Shown here piece after piece: positions 20,939 through 27,566 of a DNA stretch of 64,000 nt. The stretch is from assembly GCA_027492635.1 (NCBI GenBank), contig JAPUEH010000009.1:48-64047 (forward strand), read 5' to 3'. Within the stretch, counting starts at the first letter, position 1. Each line of letters starts with the position of its first letter. Made by a program: the position numbers and the translations under genes. Origin of the DNA: Candidatus Saccharimonadota bacterium (GTDB taxonomy: Bacteria > Patescibacteriota > Saccharimonadia > Saccharimonadales > Saccharimonadaceae). The notes below the pieces were generated by a model. It worked only from the letters and a program-made list of their open reading frames with translations, had not been told where the DNA came from and did no database searches.

Positions 20939-21166
20939 ATGGCAACACGATGTGACCTCACAGGCAAACGCGCACAGCACGGACATAACGTTAGCTTCTC
21001 TTTGCGACGAACAAAGCGTACTTTTAAACCAAATCTACAGAAGAAAACTTTCATCGTAGACGGCCAAAAAGTAACGATGAACCTCAGCACTAGTGCTATT
21101 CGTACGCTAAAGAAAAAAGGCATCTTGCCACGCTCTGGCAACGCTGTCCTCGAAGCAACAAAATAG
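20939..21166 (+). CDS. rpmB: 50S ribosomal protein L28
   Basis: MATRCDLTGKRAQHGHNVSFSLRRTKRTFKPNLQ. ATG 20939 is preferred over the upstream GTG at 20924. Confidence 0.93.
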   Translation: MATRCDLTGKRAQHGHNVSFSLRRTKRTFKPNLQKKTFIVDGQKVTMNLSTSAIRTLKKKGILPRSGNAVLEATK

Positions 21167-21187
21167 TCGCTTGCTCGACAACCAAAT

Positions 21188-21217
21188 AACCCCGCTATTT
21201 CTAGCGGGGTTATTTTT
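21188..21217. terminator. Intrinsic terminator after rpmB
   Basis: aaccccgct-atttct-agcggggtt followed by attttt. Confidence 0.75.
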
Positions 21218-21237
21218 GTATTACTATGTGCGCGTGT

Positions 21238-21876
21238 TTAGCTGCGCGACACAGGAACAACAGTCAATACCTGCGGGATAGCAGCGGCATTTTTCACTTT
21301 GTATTTTGCTACCGCCTCTTCTATTGGTGCGCCAAGCTCGCTTGTGAATGTTTCGAGTGTGTCTTGTGGCACTTCATATTTGAGTGCAGCATCTGCATAA
21401 TGCACAGGAATCACCGCTTTTGGTTCGATCTGGCGCGTAATTGTTGCTGCTGACGTCGCATCGAGCGTGTAGCCAGTGCCACCAACAGGCAAAATGAGGA
21501 TATCCACGACACCAATCGCCTCTAACTCGTCTTCGGTGAGCTTGGGCGCAATATTGCCAACCAACGCAATATGAATGTCTCCTACGCCAATCCTGTAGAT
21601 TGTCGAGAGCTTTTCTTGCTCCTCGGTGTCGATATGTCGGCTCGCTGGAATACCTTTGATAGAAAAATCACCTACCTCGTATTCGCCCGGACCTTCGACG
21701 ACCAATTTGGCATCTGCGCTGTTGACCAAAAATCGCGCTTCTGTACCAAGTTCAATAGCATCTTTGGTCGATACATCCTTAAGACCCACTACCGAAAGTT
21801 TTGGATCAGCCACGATAGTGGTATTTTTTGTCGACACAACAACTGTATTTCCGCCTTTGTATTCAATATCAAACAT
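21238..21876 (-). CDS. MBL-fold metallo-hydrolase (UPF0173-like)
   Basis: 212-aa ORF with a beta-lactamase-fold pattern: MFDIEYKGGNTVVVSTKNTTIVADP ... DILILPVGG ... AVIPVHY. Confidence 0.7.
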   Translation of the reverse strand: MFDIEYKGGNTVVVSTKNTTIVADPKLSVVGLKDVSTKDAIELGTEARFLVNSADAKLVVEGPGEYEVGDFSIKGIPASRHIDTEEQEKLSTIYRIGVGDIHIALVGNIAPKLTEDELEAIGVVDILILPVGGTGYTLDATSAATITRQIEPKAVIPVHYADAALKYEVPQDTLETFTSELGAPIEEAVAKYKVKNAAAIPQVLTVVPVSRS

Positions 21877-21891
21877 CTGTCTTTCCTCCTG

Positions 21892-22485
21892 TTATTGCAG
21901 TATATGATCAGTATCCACCAGTACTTTGTGCTTGCCGTTAATGATTTCTGTTACAAATTTATCACGAACGCTCAAACGATAGTAGAATTCTTCGTACGGC
22001 ATGAGCGTGTAGTTAAGCTCACGGCCTTCTGCCTTTTCGGCTTGCTTAATCGCAGCCTTGAGCTTTGTCGCAGGTACATCGCCCACTACAAGCACATCTA
22101 CTCCACTTGCCGAACCGCGCACAAGTACCCCTGCAACTATTGCGATTCGTATACCAGGCAACTCAGCAAGGCCAGCTAGCCAGGCCTGCTTTGGCTTAGT
22201 TTCTTGCGAGACCTTGGTGGCTTCTACCTGCTCATCGGCAAATATAGCTCGAAGCGGAACGTAATACTCATACCTCTGATTTACTTCATAATACAACTTA
22301 TTGTCGTCTGTCTGGCTTGTGATAATGCCAACATTGAGCATATTAGATAGTTCGCGGCGCACAGAATTGATCTGTTCGTCTATCAGGCGCGTAATTTCGC
22401 GTACATAAAAAGACTTACCTGGATTGTTCAGGAATAGATGTAGTAACTTTACCCTTGTTTTTGAACCAAATAGTGCGTCAATCAT
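21892..22485 (-). CDS. Winged-helix transcriptional regulator with a C-terminal nucleotidyltransferase-like domain
   Basis: The N-terminus is FGSKTRVKLLHLFLNNPGKSFYVREITRLIDEQINSVRRELSNM (wHTH). The C-terminus has GVDVLVVGD. Confidence 0.6.
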   Translation of the reverse strand: MIDALFGSKTRVKLLHLFLNNPGKSFYVREITRLIDEQINSVRRELSNMLNVGIITSQTDDNKLYYEVNQRYEYYVPLRAIFADEQVEATKVSQETKPKQAWLAGLAELPGIRIAIVAGVLVRGSASGVDVLVVGDVPATKLKAAIKQAEKAEGRELNYTLMPYEEFYYRLSVRDKFVTEIINGKHKVLVDTDHILQ

Positions 22486-22521
22486 GTCTATGTCTCTTTA
22501 TTTCTTACTATACTTATAGTA

Positions 22522-23415
22522 TCACGAGATACGATAATGTGCGAGCTTCTGAGATAAATAGTGTTCAGCCTCTTCTAGGGTTTTCCATTGCACATCAGCG
22601 TTGCGTTTGAGCCAAGTGACTTGACGTTTGGCAAGTCGCCAGTCGAGCACAACAAATTTCTGTTGCATTTCTTGCATCGTTATTGCTCCGTCTAGGTAGT
22701 GACGCACGAGCGGATAGATATTTCCTGTCATCGCTTCGCTACTCCAGCCATATTTTTTGCCCAATATCTTTGCTTCTTCCACAACACCATCGTCAAATAT
22801 TTGTTCAGCTCTATGTTTAATTCTTGTTCGCAGCACATCTCGATTTGTTGCTATTCCTACAATAATGCTTGTGCTTATCGGCTCATGATTCCTCTTGTGA
22901 TTGACGCCGTTTTGCTCAATTGCACGGATTACATAGCGTTTATTTTGGCTATTCTCGGGCAATTCTACGTTGTTTTCTTCACAATATCTATGTAATTCTT
23001 CAAGCGACATTTGCTCCAGTTCGTGGCGGCGTACTGAATCGGCCATTTGCCCGAATTGATAATCGTACACCACTGCATCTATATACAGTCCTGTGCCGCC
23101 GACAAGGAACGGGATATGCCCGCGAGCACGAATCTCAACTATTTTCTCATCGGCATACCGCTTAAAATCCGCAGCCGTAAACACCTCATCTGGATTCACT
23201 AAATCCAGTCCCCAGTGCGGTACACCTGCCCGCTCTTCCACGCTTGGTTTGGCTGTACCAATATCCATACCCTTGTACACCGTACGGCTATCTGCACAAA
23301 TAATTTCACCGCCAAATTCTAGAGCCAACTTGATGGCAAGTGCCGTCTTGCCACTTGCCGTCGGCCCAGCAATCACAACAAGCGGAGGTTCGGTTCGTTC
23401 CACTCTGGACGCCAT
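22522..23415 (-). CDS. miaA: tRNA dimethylallyltransferase
   Basis: Contains the P-loop VVIAGPTASGKT, then ICADSRTVYKGMDIGTAKP and PFLVGGTGLY. The start is chosen at Met11 (23415). Confidence 0.93.
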   Translation of the reverse strand: MASRVERTEPPLVVIAGPTASGKTALAIKLALEFGGEIICADSRTVYKGMDIGTAKPSVEERAGVPHWGLDLVNPDEVFTAADFKRYADEKIVEIRARGHIPFLVGGTGLYIDAVVYDYQFGQMADSVRRHELEQMSLEELHRYCEENNVELPENSQNKRYVIRAIEQNGVNHKRNHEPISTSIIVGIATNRDVLRTRIKHRAEQIFDDGVVEEAKILGKKYGWSSEAMTGNIYPLVRHYLDGAITMQEMQQKFVVLDWRLAKRQVTWLKRNADVQWKTLEEAEHYLSQKLAHYRIS

Positions 23416-23729
23416 CGTCGCTCTCCAAAATCTTTTACATGCCACTGCTCATCACACTCTATCCCGTCTTGTAGCAGCAACTGCCGCTGTACGTCTTGCC
23501 CGCCAGGAAACCCAACAGCCAAGCCACCTTGCGCATTCACTAGTCGATGCCATGGTAGCTCTGTCGGGCCAGTGTGTGCAATACCACCTACAATTCGTGC
23601 CGCACGTGGACTACCCGCCATAGCCGCTAGATCACCATAGGTGGTGACTTTGTCTGCAGGCAGCTGCGCCATCAGCTCGTACACGCGCTCCCGCAGCACA
23701 CCAGACTGCGCATCAAGCTCATTTTCCAT
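23373..23729 (-). CDS. Alkyltransferase-like (ATL) protein, MGMT DNA-binding-domain family without the acceptor Cys
   Basis: Contains TTYGDLAAMAGSPRAARIVGGIAH and PWHRLVN in place of PCHRV. The start is chosen at MENELDAQ (23729), overlapping the upstream gene end by 11 nt. Confidence 0.75.
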   Translation of the reverse strand: MENELDAQSGVLRERVYELMAQLPADKVTTYGDLAAMAGSPRAARIVGGIAHTGPTELPWHRLVNAQGGLAVGFPGGQDVQRQLLLQDGIECDEQWHVKDFGERRWRPEWNEPNLRLL

Positions 23730-24327
23730 AGAAATATTCCTCAACTGCAGCCCAGCTATCGACACGTCGGATTGTGTCGATTGGCTCATCGTCCATGCGA
23801 TTCCAAGCATAGTCACCAAAAAGCAATGCCTGCCTACCAGCATCGGCCATCGCCAAACAGTGTTTCAGCTGGTCATCTATCAAGAAATCTGCATCAATCG
23901 CGTCAATTACCTCAAGCTTGGTCTTGTGTATAGAGTGATCATCGATCTGATCCCATATACCTGCAAAATGGATTACCTCGTCGGTAAATATTCCTGGGTA
24001 ATGTGTGTGTACCCAGTCCAACGTATCCTGTCGTATTTGCAGACGACGCGCCGTTACGATCCGTAGATTATAATCACCACTCAATCGATGCAGCACAGGC
24101 AATGCTTCATCGGCATGTGTATACTCACGCACCACACCTGACTCATGAAATATATCCGCGCGCCGACGTACTTCGTCATAATCTACTTGCCACATTCTCG
24201 CCCAATGCTCTTCGTAATCACTTGGGTCCAGATTAGTGCCCCACATTTTATTGCTAAAATCTATAAATCCCCTAGCATTATCCGCCAAGACATCATCTAT
24301 ATCGATAGCGATTGTTTGTCGCGTCAT
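23719..24327 (-). CDS. HAD-superfamily 5'(3')-deoxyribonucleotidase-like phosphatase
   Basis: The N-terminal motif is IAIDIDDVLAD (DxDx(T/V)), with later HAD motifs. 202 aa. Confidence 0.7.
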   Translation of the reverse strand: MTRQTIAIDIDDVLADNARGFIDFSNKMWGTNLDPSDYEEHWARMWQVDYDEVRRRADIFHESGVVREYTHADEALPVLHRLSGDYNLRIVTARRLQIRQDTLDWVHTHYPGIFTDEVIHFAGIWDQIDDHSIHKTKLEVIDAIDADFLIDDQLKHCLAMADAGRQALLFGDYAWNRMDDEPIDTIRRVDSWAAVEEYFYGK

Positions 24328-24336
24328 ATGATTCTT

Positions 24337-26175
24337 TTACAGTGCCTTTAAATAGTCACCTAATTTACTCAATGCAACCTTTTCTTCACCAGCTTGCGTG
24401 CGCACGCTCACTTCCCTGGCTTCTTGATCCTTTGGTCCGACGATGAGTTGTACGGGAATCTTCATAGCGGTTGCTTCGCGGATTTTCTTGCCCAAGCTCT
24501 CGTTGCGGTCATCGCGTGTAAAGCGGATTTCGTTGTATTTAATCGGCTGCATGAGCACCGTACCTTGTAACACCTCTTCGATTTCTGCCACGTAGTCCAG
24601 CACTGTATCATTGATCGTAAGGATACGCACCTGCTCTGGCGCCACCCATAGCGGGAACCAACCAGCAGTGTGCTCGATAAACACACTCATAAAGCGCTCG
24701 ATACTACCGAGCAGCGCGCAGTGAATCATGACAGGGCGTTGCTTGGAGCTGTCTTCGGCAGTGTACTCCAAACCAAATCGCTCTGGCTGCACAAAATCGA
24801 GCTGCGCTGTGGCGAGCTGATGTTCGCGACCGATAGCATCGGTAGCCATAAAGTCGATTTTTGGTCCATAGAACGCCGCTTCGCCCTCTTCTTCGAAATA
24901 CTCGAGGTTATTGGCAATAACGGCGTTTTTGAGCTGCTGCTGCGCAGCCGTCCATAGCTCTGGATCACCCAAGTAACCGTCACTATCGTCGCGGTAGCTC
25001 AGGCGTACACGCAGCTTCATGCCCACTGTCTCGTACATTTCGCGCACACTGGCAAGTAATCCATGAATTTCAGCTTCTATTTGGTCCTCGCGGCAAAATA
25101 CGTGACTATCGTCTTGCGTCAGTGAGCGCACGCGGTTCAGCCCGCCCAGCTCACCTGTTTTTTCGTCGCGGTAGTCGGTCGTGGTCTCGAGAAATCGCAC
25201 TGGCATATCGCGGTAGCTACGCGGCTTGGACGCATAAATCTGCGTATGATGCGGACAGTTCATCGGCTTGAGGGCCATTTTGTCATCTGTCTCTTGGCTA
25301 GTAACGAGAAACAGCTCGTCGCCGAACTTAGCCCAGTGGCCAGACGCTTCGTAGAGTGCCGTCTTGGTGATGTTTGGTGTCCAGACTTTCGTAAAGCCAT
25401 GGGCTTCGCGCAGCTGGTTGGAATACTGCGCTAATTTCTCGCGGATTACGGTGCCGCGTGGCGTAAACATTGGGAGTCCTGCACCCACGAGCGGCGACAT
25501 CGTATAGAGATCGAGCTCTTTGCCAAGCTTGCGATGGTCGCGCAATTTTGCCTGCTCCAGATGCTCGAGATATTCGTCCAACTCTTCTTGTGTTGCAAAA
25601 GCTACACCATATAAGCGCTGCATTTGAGGGTTGTTTTCTTTACCACGCCAGTACGCACCGGCAACTTTTGTAAGTTTAAATGCACCAACCTTGCCAGTAG
25701 ATTCCGCATGTGGACCGCGACACAGATCTGTAAAATCACCATCTGTGTAAAAATTTACATCAACTATGTTTTCTACTCTCGGTTGGGTCGCGCCGCTAAT
25801 ACCCGCCGGCAGTGCCATGCCCATCATCGCAGCGTCGAGCTCGCTCGCCAGCGTTGTTCCTTCGCGCTTTAGGTCATTTAGCAGCTCTGTCTTATATGGC
25901 TGGCCTGTCTCTTTTGCCCACTCGAGAGCTTGGTCGATTGGCTTTTCGCTGTGCTCAAACGGATAATCAGCCGCAATAATTTTGCGCATTTCTTTTTCGA
26001 TTTTCTTAAAATTAGCCTCGGATATTTTGGTGTCACCAAGATCAATATCATAGTAAAACCCATTCTCTATCACTGGTCCAACGCCAAATTTAGCTCCTGG
26101 CCACAAACGCTGCACTGCTTGAGCGGTGATATGCGCGAGGCTGTGGCGCATGGCATACAATTGTTTATCGTTCAT
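24337..26175 (-). CDS. thrS: Threonine--tRNA ligase (no N-terminal TGS domain)
   Basis: Starts MNDKQLYAMRHSLAHITAQAV at the editing-domain HxxxH. Class II motifs and the anticodon-binding domain are present. AGGAG lies 7 nt upstream of ATG 26175. Confidence 0.96.
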   Translation of the reverse strand: MNDKQLYAMRHSLAHITAQAVQRLWPGAKFGVGPVIENGFYYDIDLGDTKISEANFKKIEKEMRKIIAADYPFEHSEKPIDQALEWAKETGQPYKTELLNDLKREGTTLASELDAAMMGMALPAGISGATQPRVENIVDVNFYTDGDFTDLCRGPHAESTGKVGAFKLTKVAGAYWRGKENNPQMQRLYGVAFATQEELDEYLEHLEQAKLRDHRKLGKELDLYTMSPLVGAGLPMFTPRGTVIREKLAQYSNQLREAHGFTKVWTPNITKTALYEASGHWAKFGDELFLVTSQETDDKMALKPMNCPHHTQIYASKPRSYRDMPVRFLETTTDYRDEKTGELGGLNRVRSLTQDDSHVFCREDQIEAEIHGLLASVREMYETVGMKLRVRLSYRDDSDGYLGDPELWTAAQQQLKNAVIANNLEYFEEEGEAAFYGPKIDFMATDAIGREHQLATAQLDFVQPERFGLEYTAEDSSKQRPVMIHCALLGSIERFMSVFIEHTAGWFPLWVAPEQVRILTINDTVLDYVAEIEEVLQGTVLMQPIKYNEIRFTRDDRNESLGKKIREATAMKIPVQLIVGPKDQEAREVSVRTQAGEEKVALSKLGDYLKAL

Positions 26176-26202
26176 AGTATCTCCTGTATTTGAATTTTTG
26201 AT

Positions 26203-26400
26203 AAAAAGAAAAACATGCAACGTTCAAATTTGTTTATTATCTATAAAAAACAAATTCATACATCGCATGTCTCGGGTCTGCCCTGCTAGCAGACGGTTCC
26301 ACCGGACTTTTACTCATGAAGCAGCGTTATCGTACACTCCTACGTCCCACGAAGCTCAGCGGGCGGTTACTCCGCATCATGGCTCACCTTTATTCTACCT
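26203..26400 (-). promoter_or_regulatory. T-box-like leader of thrS (antiterminator + terminator)
   Basis: On the minus strand, helix A1 GUCCGG flanks the 7-nt bulge UGGAACC and hairpin A2 GUCUGC-uagcagg-GCAGAC. The 3' strand CCG-A-GAC closes A1 (26269-26307). A long imperfect hairpin follows (26214-26272) with a UUUUUCUUUUU run (26203-26213). Upstream, the Stem I-like base CAUGA...UCAUG carries AGUA and Thr codons ACC/ACG. Confidence 0.55.
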
Positions 26401-26416
26401 TATTCGCCAAAGATTT

Positions 26417-26450
26417 AAAATCCCATAGATATACACATATCTATGGGATT
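26417..26450. terminator. Perfect 14-bp palindromic hairpin after the PH-domain gene
   Basis: aatcccatagatat-acac-atatctatgggatt, with a U-run on the minus strand. Confidence 0.7.
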
Positions 26451-26464
26451 CTACATCAGCATAC

Positions 26465-26842
26465 CTAACGATTATTCACTCGCGCTTGTATCGCCTCACG
26501 TAATAGCTGCGGCTGAGTCGCATACTTGAACTCAATCGGTGCATTTGCATTGGCCGTAGTGATAACGATATGTCCATATCCAAGCGCCTGCCCAAGCACA
26601 CTCTGGTGTACGTCTACCGTCTGAATATTTCTATAGGGAACTTCGCGGCTATTTTGCGTAATCACACCAAACTTTAGCGTCAATGAATCCTTGTTTAGGA
26701 TAAGTGCGGCTCGCTTCCACTCCAAAACATCCCAAACGATGATGCCGCCAAATGTTATAAATCCAAGCCACCACCAACGCAGCAATGCTCGAGCAACAAG
26801 TGTTGCTGCCGACTGTCTGTATTCATTATTTTGCCGAACCAT
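26465..26842 (-). CDS. PH-domain (bPH_2/YdbS-like) membrane protein
   Basis: 125-aa ORF with two N-terminal TM helices, then LTLKFGVITQNSREVPYRNIQTVDVHQSVLGQALGYGHIVITT. GGAGGA lies upstream of the ATG. Confidence 0.8.
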   Translation of the reverse strand: MVRQNNEYRQSAATLVARALLRWWWLGFITFGGIIVWDVLEWKRAALILNKDSLTLKFGVITQNSREVPYRNIQTVDVHQSVLGQALGYGHIVITTANANAPIEFKYATQPQLLREAIQARVNNR

Positions 26843-26886
26843 ACCTCATATCCTCCAGTATGTTAATTGTTATAAAGTCGTCCAAC

Positions 26887-27012
26887 AAAAAAGGACAACC
26901 GTTACGGTTGTCTAGACCTGAACAGGGATATGACTCCGCCATTCTGCAACGGTTGCCCATTCGCACGGCGGAGTTTTGAGATAAAAAATATCCCTTAAGT
27001 TCAAATCTAGAC
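26887..27012 (-). ncRNA. Candidate rod-shaped ~125-nt RNA (sRNA or riboswitch-like leader of the PH-domain gene)
   Basis: An extended -10 promoter TGCTATAAT lies at 27019-27027 (minus). Three nested helices are present: 13 bp UCUAGAUUUGAAC/GUUCAGGUCUAGA, 8 bp AGGGAUAU/AUAUCCCU and 8 bp ACUCCGCC/GGCGGAGU. The terminator is GACAACCG-uaa-CGGUUGUC plus U6 (26887-26912). Confidence 0.5.
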
Positions 27013-27045
27013 TTTCACATTATAGCATAGGCTCGAGTAGCATGA

Positions 27046-27074
27046 TTGCAATCCCCGCCTCTGTTTGCTACAAT
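27046..27074 (+). promoter_or_regulatory. Promoter of tRNA-Val (TTGCAA-N17-TACAAT with TG extension)
   Basis: gaTTGCAAtccccgcctctgtttgcTACAATac, placing the TSS about 5 nt before the mature tRNA 5' end. Confidence 0.6.
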
Positions 27075-27085
27075 ACATCAAGTAT

Positions 27086-27162
27086 GGACGCGTAGCTCAG
27101 CTGGCTAGAGCACCTCATTGACGTTGAGGGGGTCGGGGATTCGAATTCCTCCGCGTCCACCA
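27086..27162 (+). tRNA. tRNA-Val (GAC), CCA encoded
   Basis: GGACGCG TA GCTC AGCTGGCTA GAGC A CCTCA TTGACGT TGAGG GGGTC GGGGA TTCGAAT TCCTC CGCGTCC A CCA. Confidence 0.95.
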
Positions 27163-27305
27163 GAGAAAGAAGGTTATCATATGATAGTCTTTTTTCTTTT
27201 TAGACACTCTTATGGTCATGGGAATTCTCATCCCCGATTTTGCTAAGGCAAAATTCGGAGATATCGCTTCGCTCCTCCACTTGCCCTATTCGGGCTGCGC
27301 TACGC

Positions 27306-27326
27306 CGAATTCCTCCGCGTCCACCA
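27306..27326 (+). repeat. Exact 21-nt copy of the tRNA-Val 3' end (att-like scar)
   Basis: cgaattcctccgcgtccacca at 27306-27326 is identical to 27142-27162. It is followed by its own hairpin gactgc-tatatg-gcagtc plus a T-run. Confidence 0.85.
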
Positions 27327-27399
27327 AGAAAAGGACTGCTATATGGCAGTCTTTTTTATATACATAGCTCTATCCTAGGGTGATACCAATCGAATCCCC

Positions 27400-27434
27400 C
27401 AGAGAAAGAAGGTTATCATATGATAGTCTTTTTT
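27400..27434 (+). repeat. Exact 35-nt copy of the tRNA-Val 3' flank/terminator, preceded by a degenerate T-loop fragment
   Basis: cagagaaagaaggttatcatatgatagtctttttt at 27400-27434 is identical to 27161-27195. It is preceded by atcgaatcccc, a degenerate copy of the T-loop ttcgaat and the following arm (27141-27150). Confidence 0.85.
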
Positions 27435-27442
27435 ATGTAAAA

Positions 27443-27469
27443 TTGGCACTCTTGACATGAGAGTGCCAA
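27443..27469. promoter_or_regulatory. CIRCE-like HrcA operator overlapping the clpB promoter
   Basis: TTGGCACTC-ttgacatga-GAGTGCCAA compares with the CIRCE consensus TTAGCACTC-N9-GAGTGCTAA. The N9 contains the -35 TTGACA (27452-27457), and the -10 TACACT is at 27475-27480. Confidence 0.7.
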
Positions 27470-27566
27470 TTTTATACACTAGAAGTATAGGCGGCGGTCG
27501 CTTTTTATCCCACCCCCACTACCTGCGAGGCGTCGCCTAATTCCCTAGAAATAAGGAGGATGAATT

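Noticed and set aside
26887-27012. Is the rod-shaped RNA the SRP (4.5S) RNA?
   Set aside because: It is a long hairpin of the right size. However, the apex is GCAA-ccg-UUGC, not a GNRA (GGAA) tetraloop. The conserved GGAAGCAGC / AGCA domain IV signature is also absent. I found no SRP RNA signature elsewhere in the window either.
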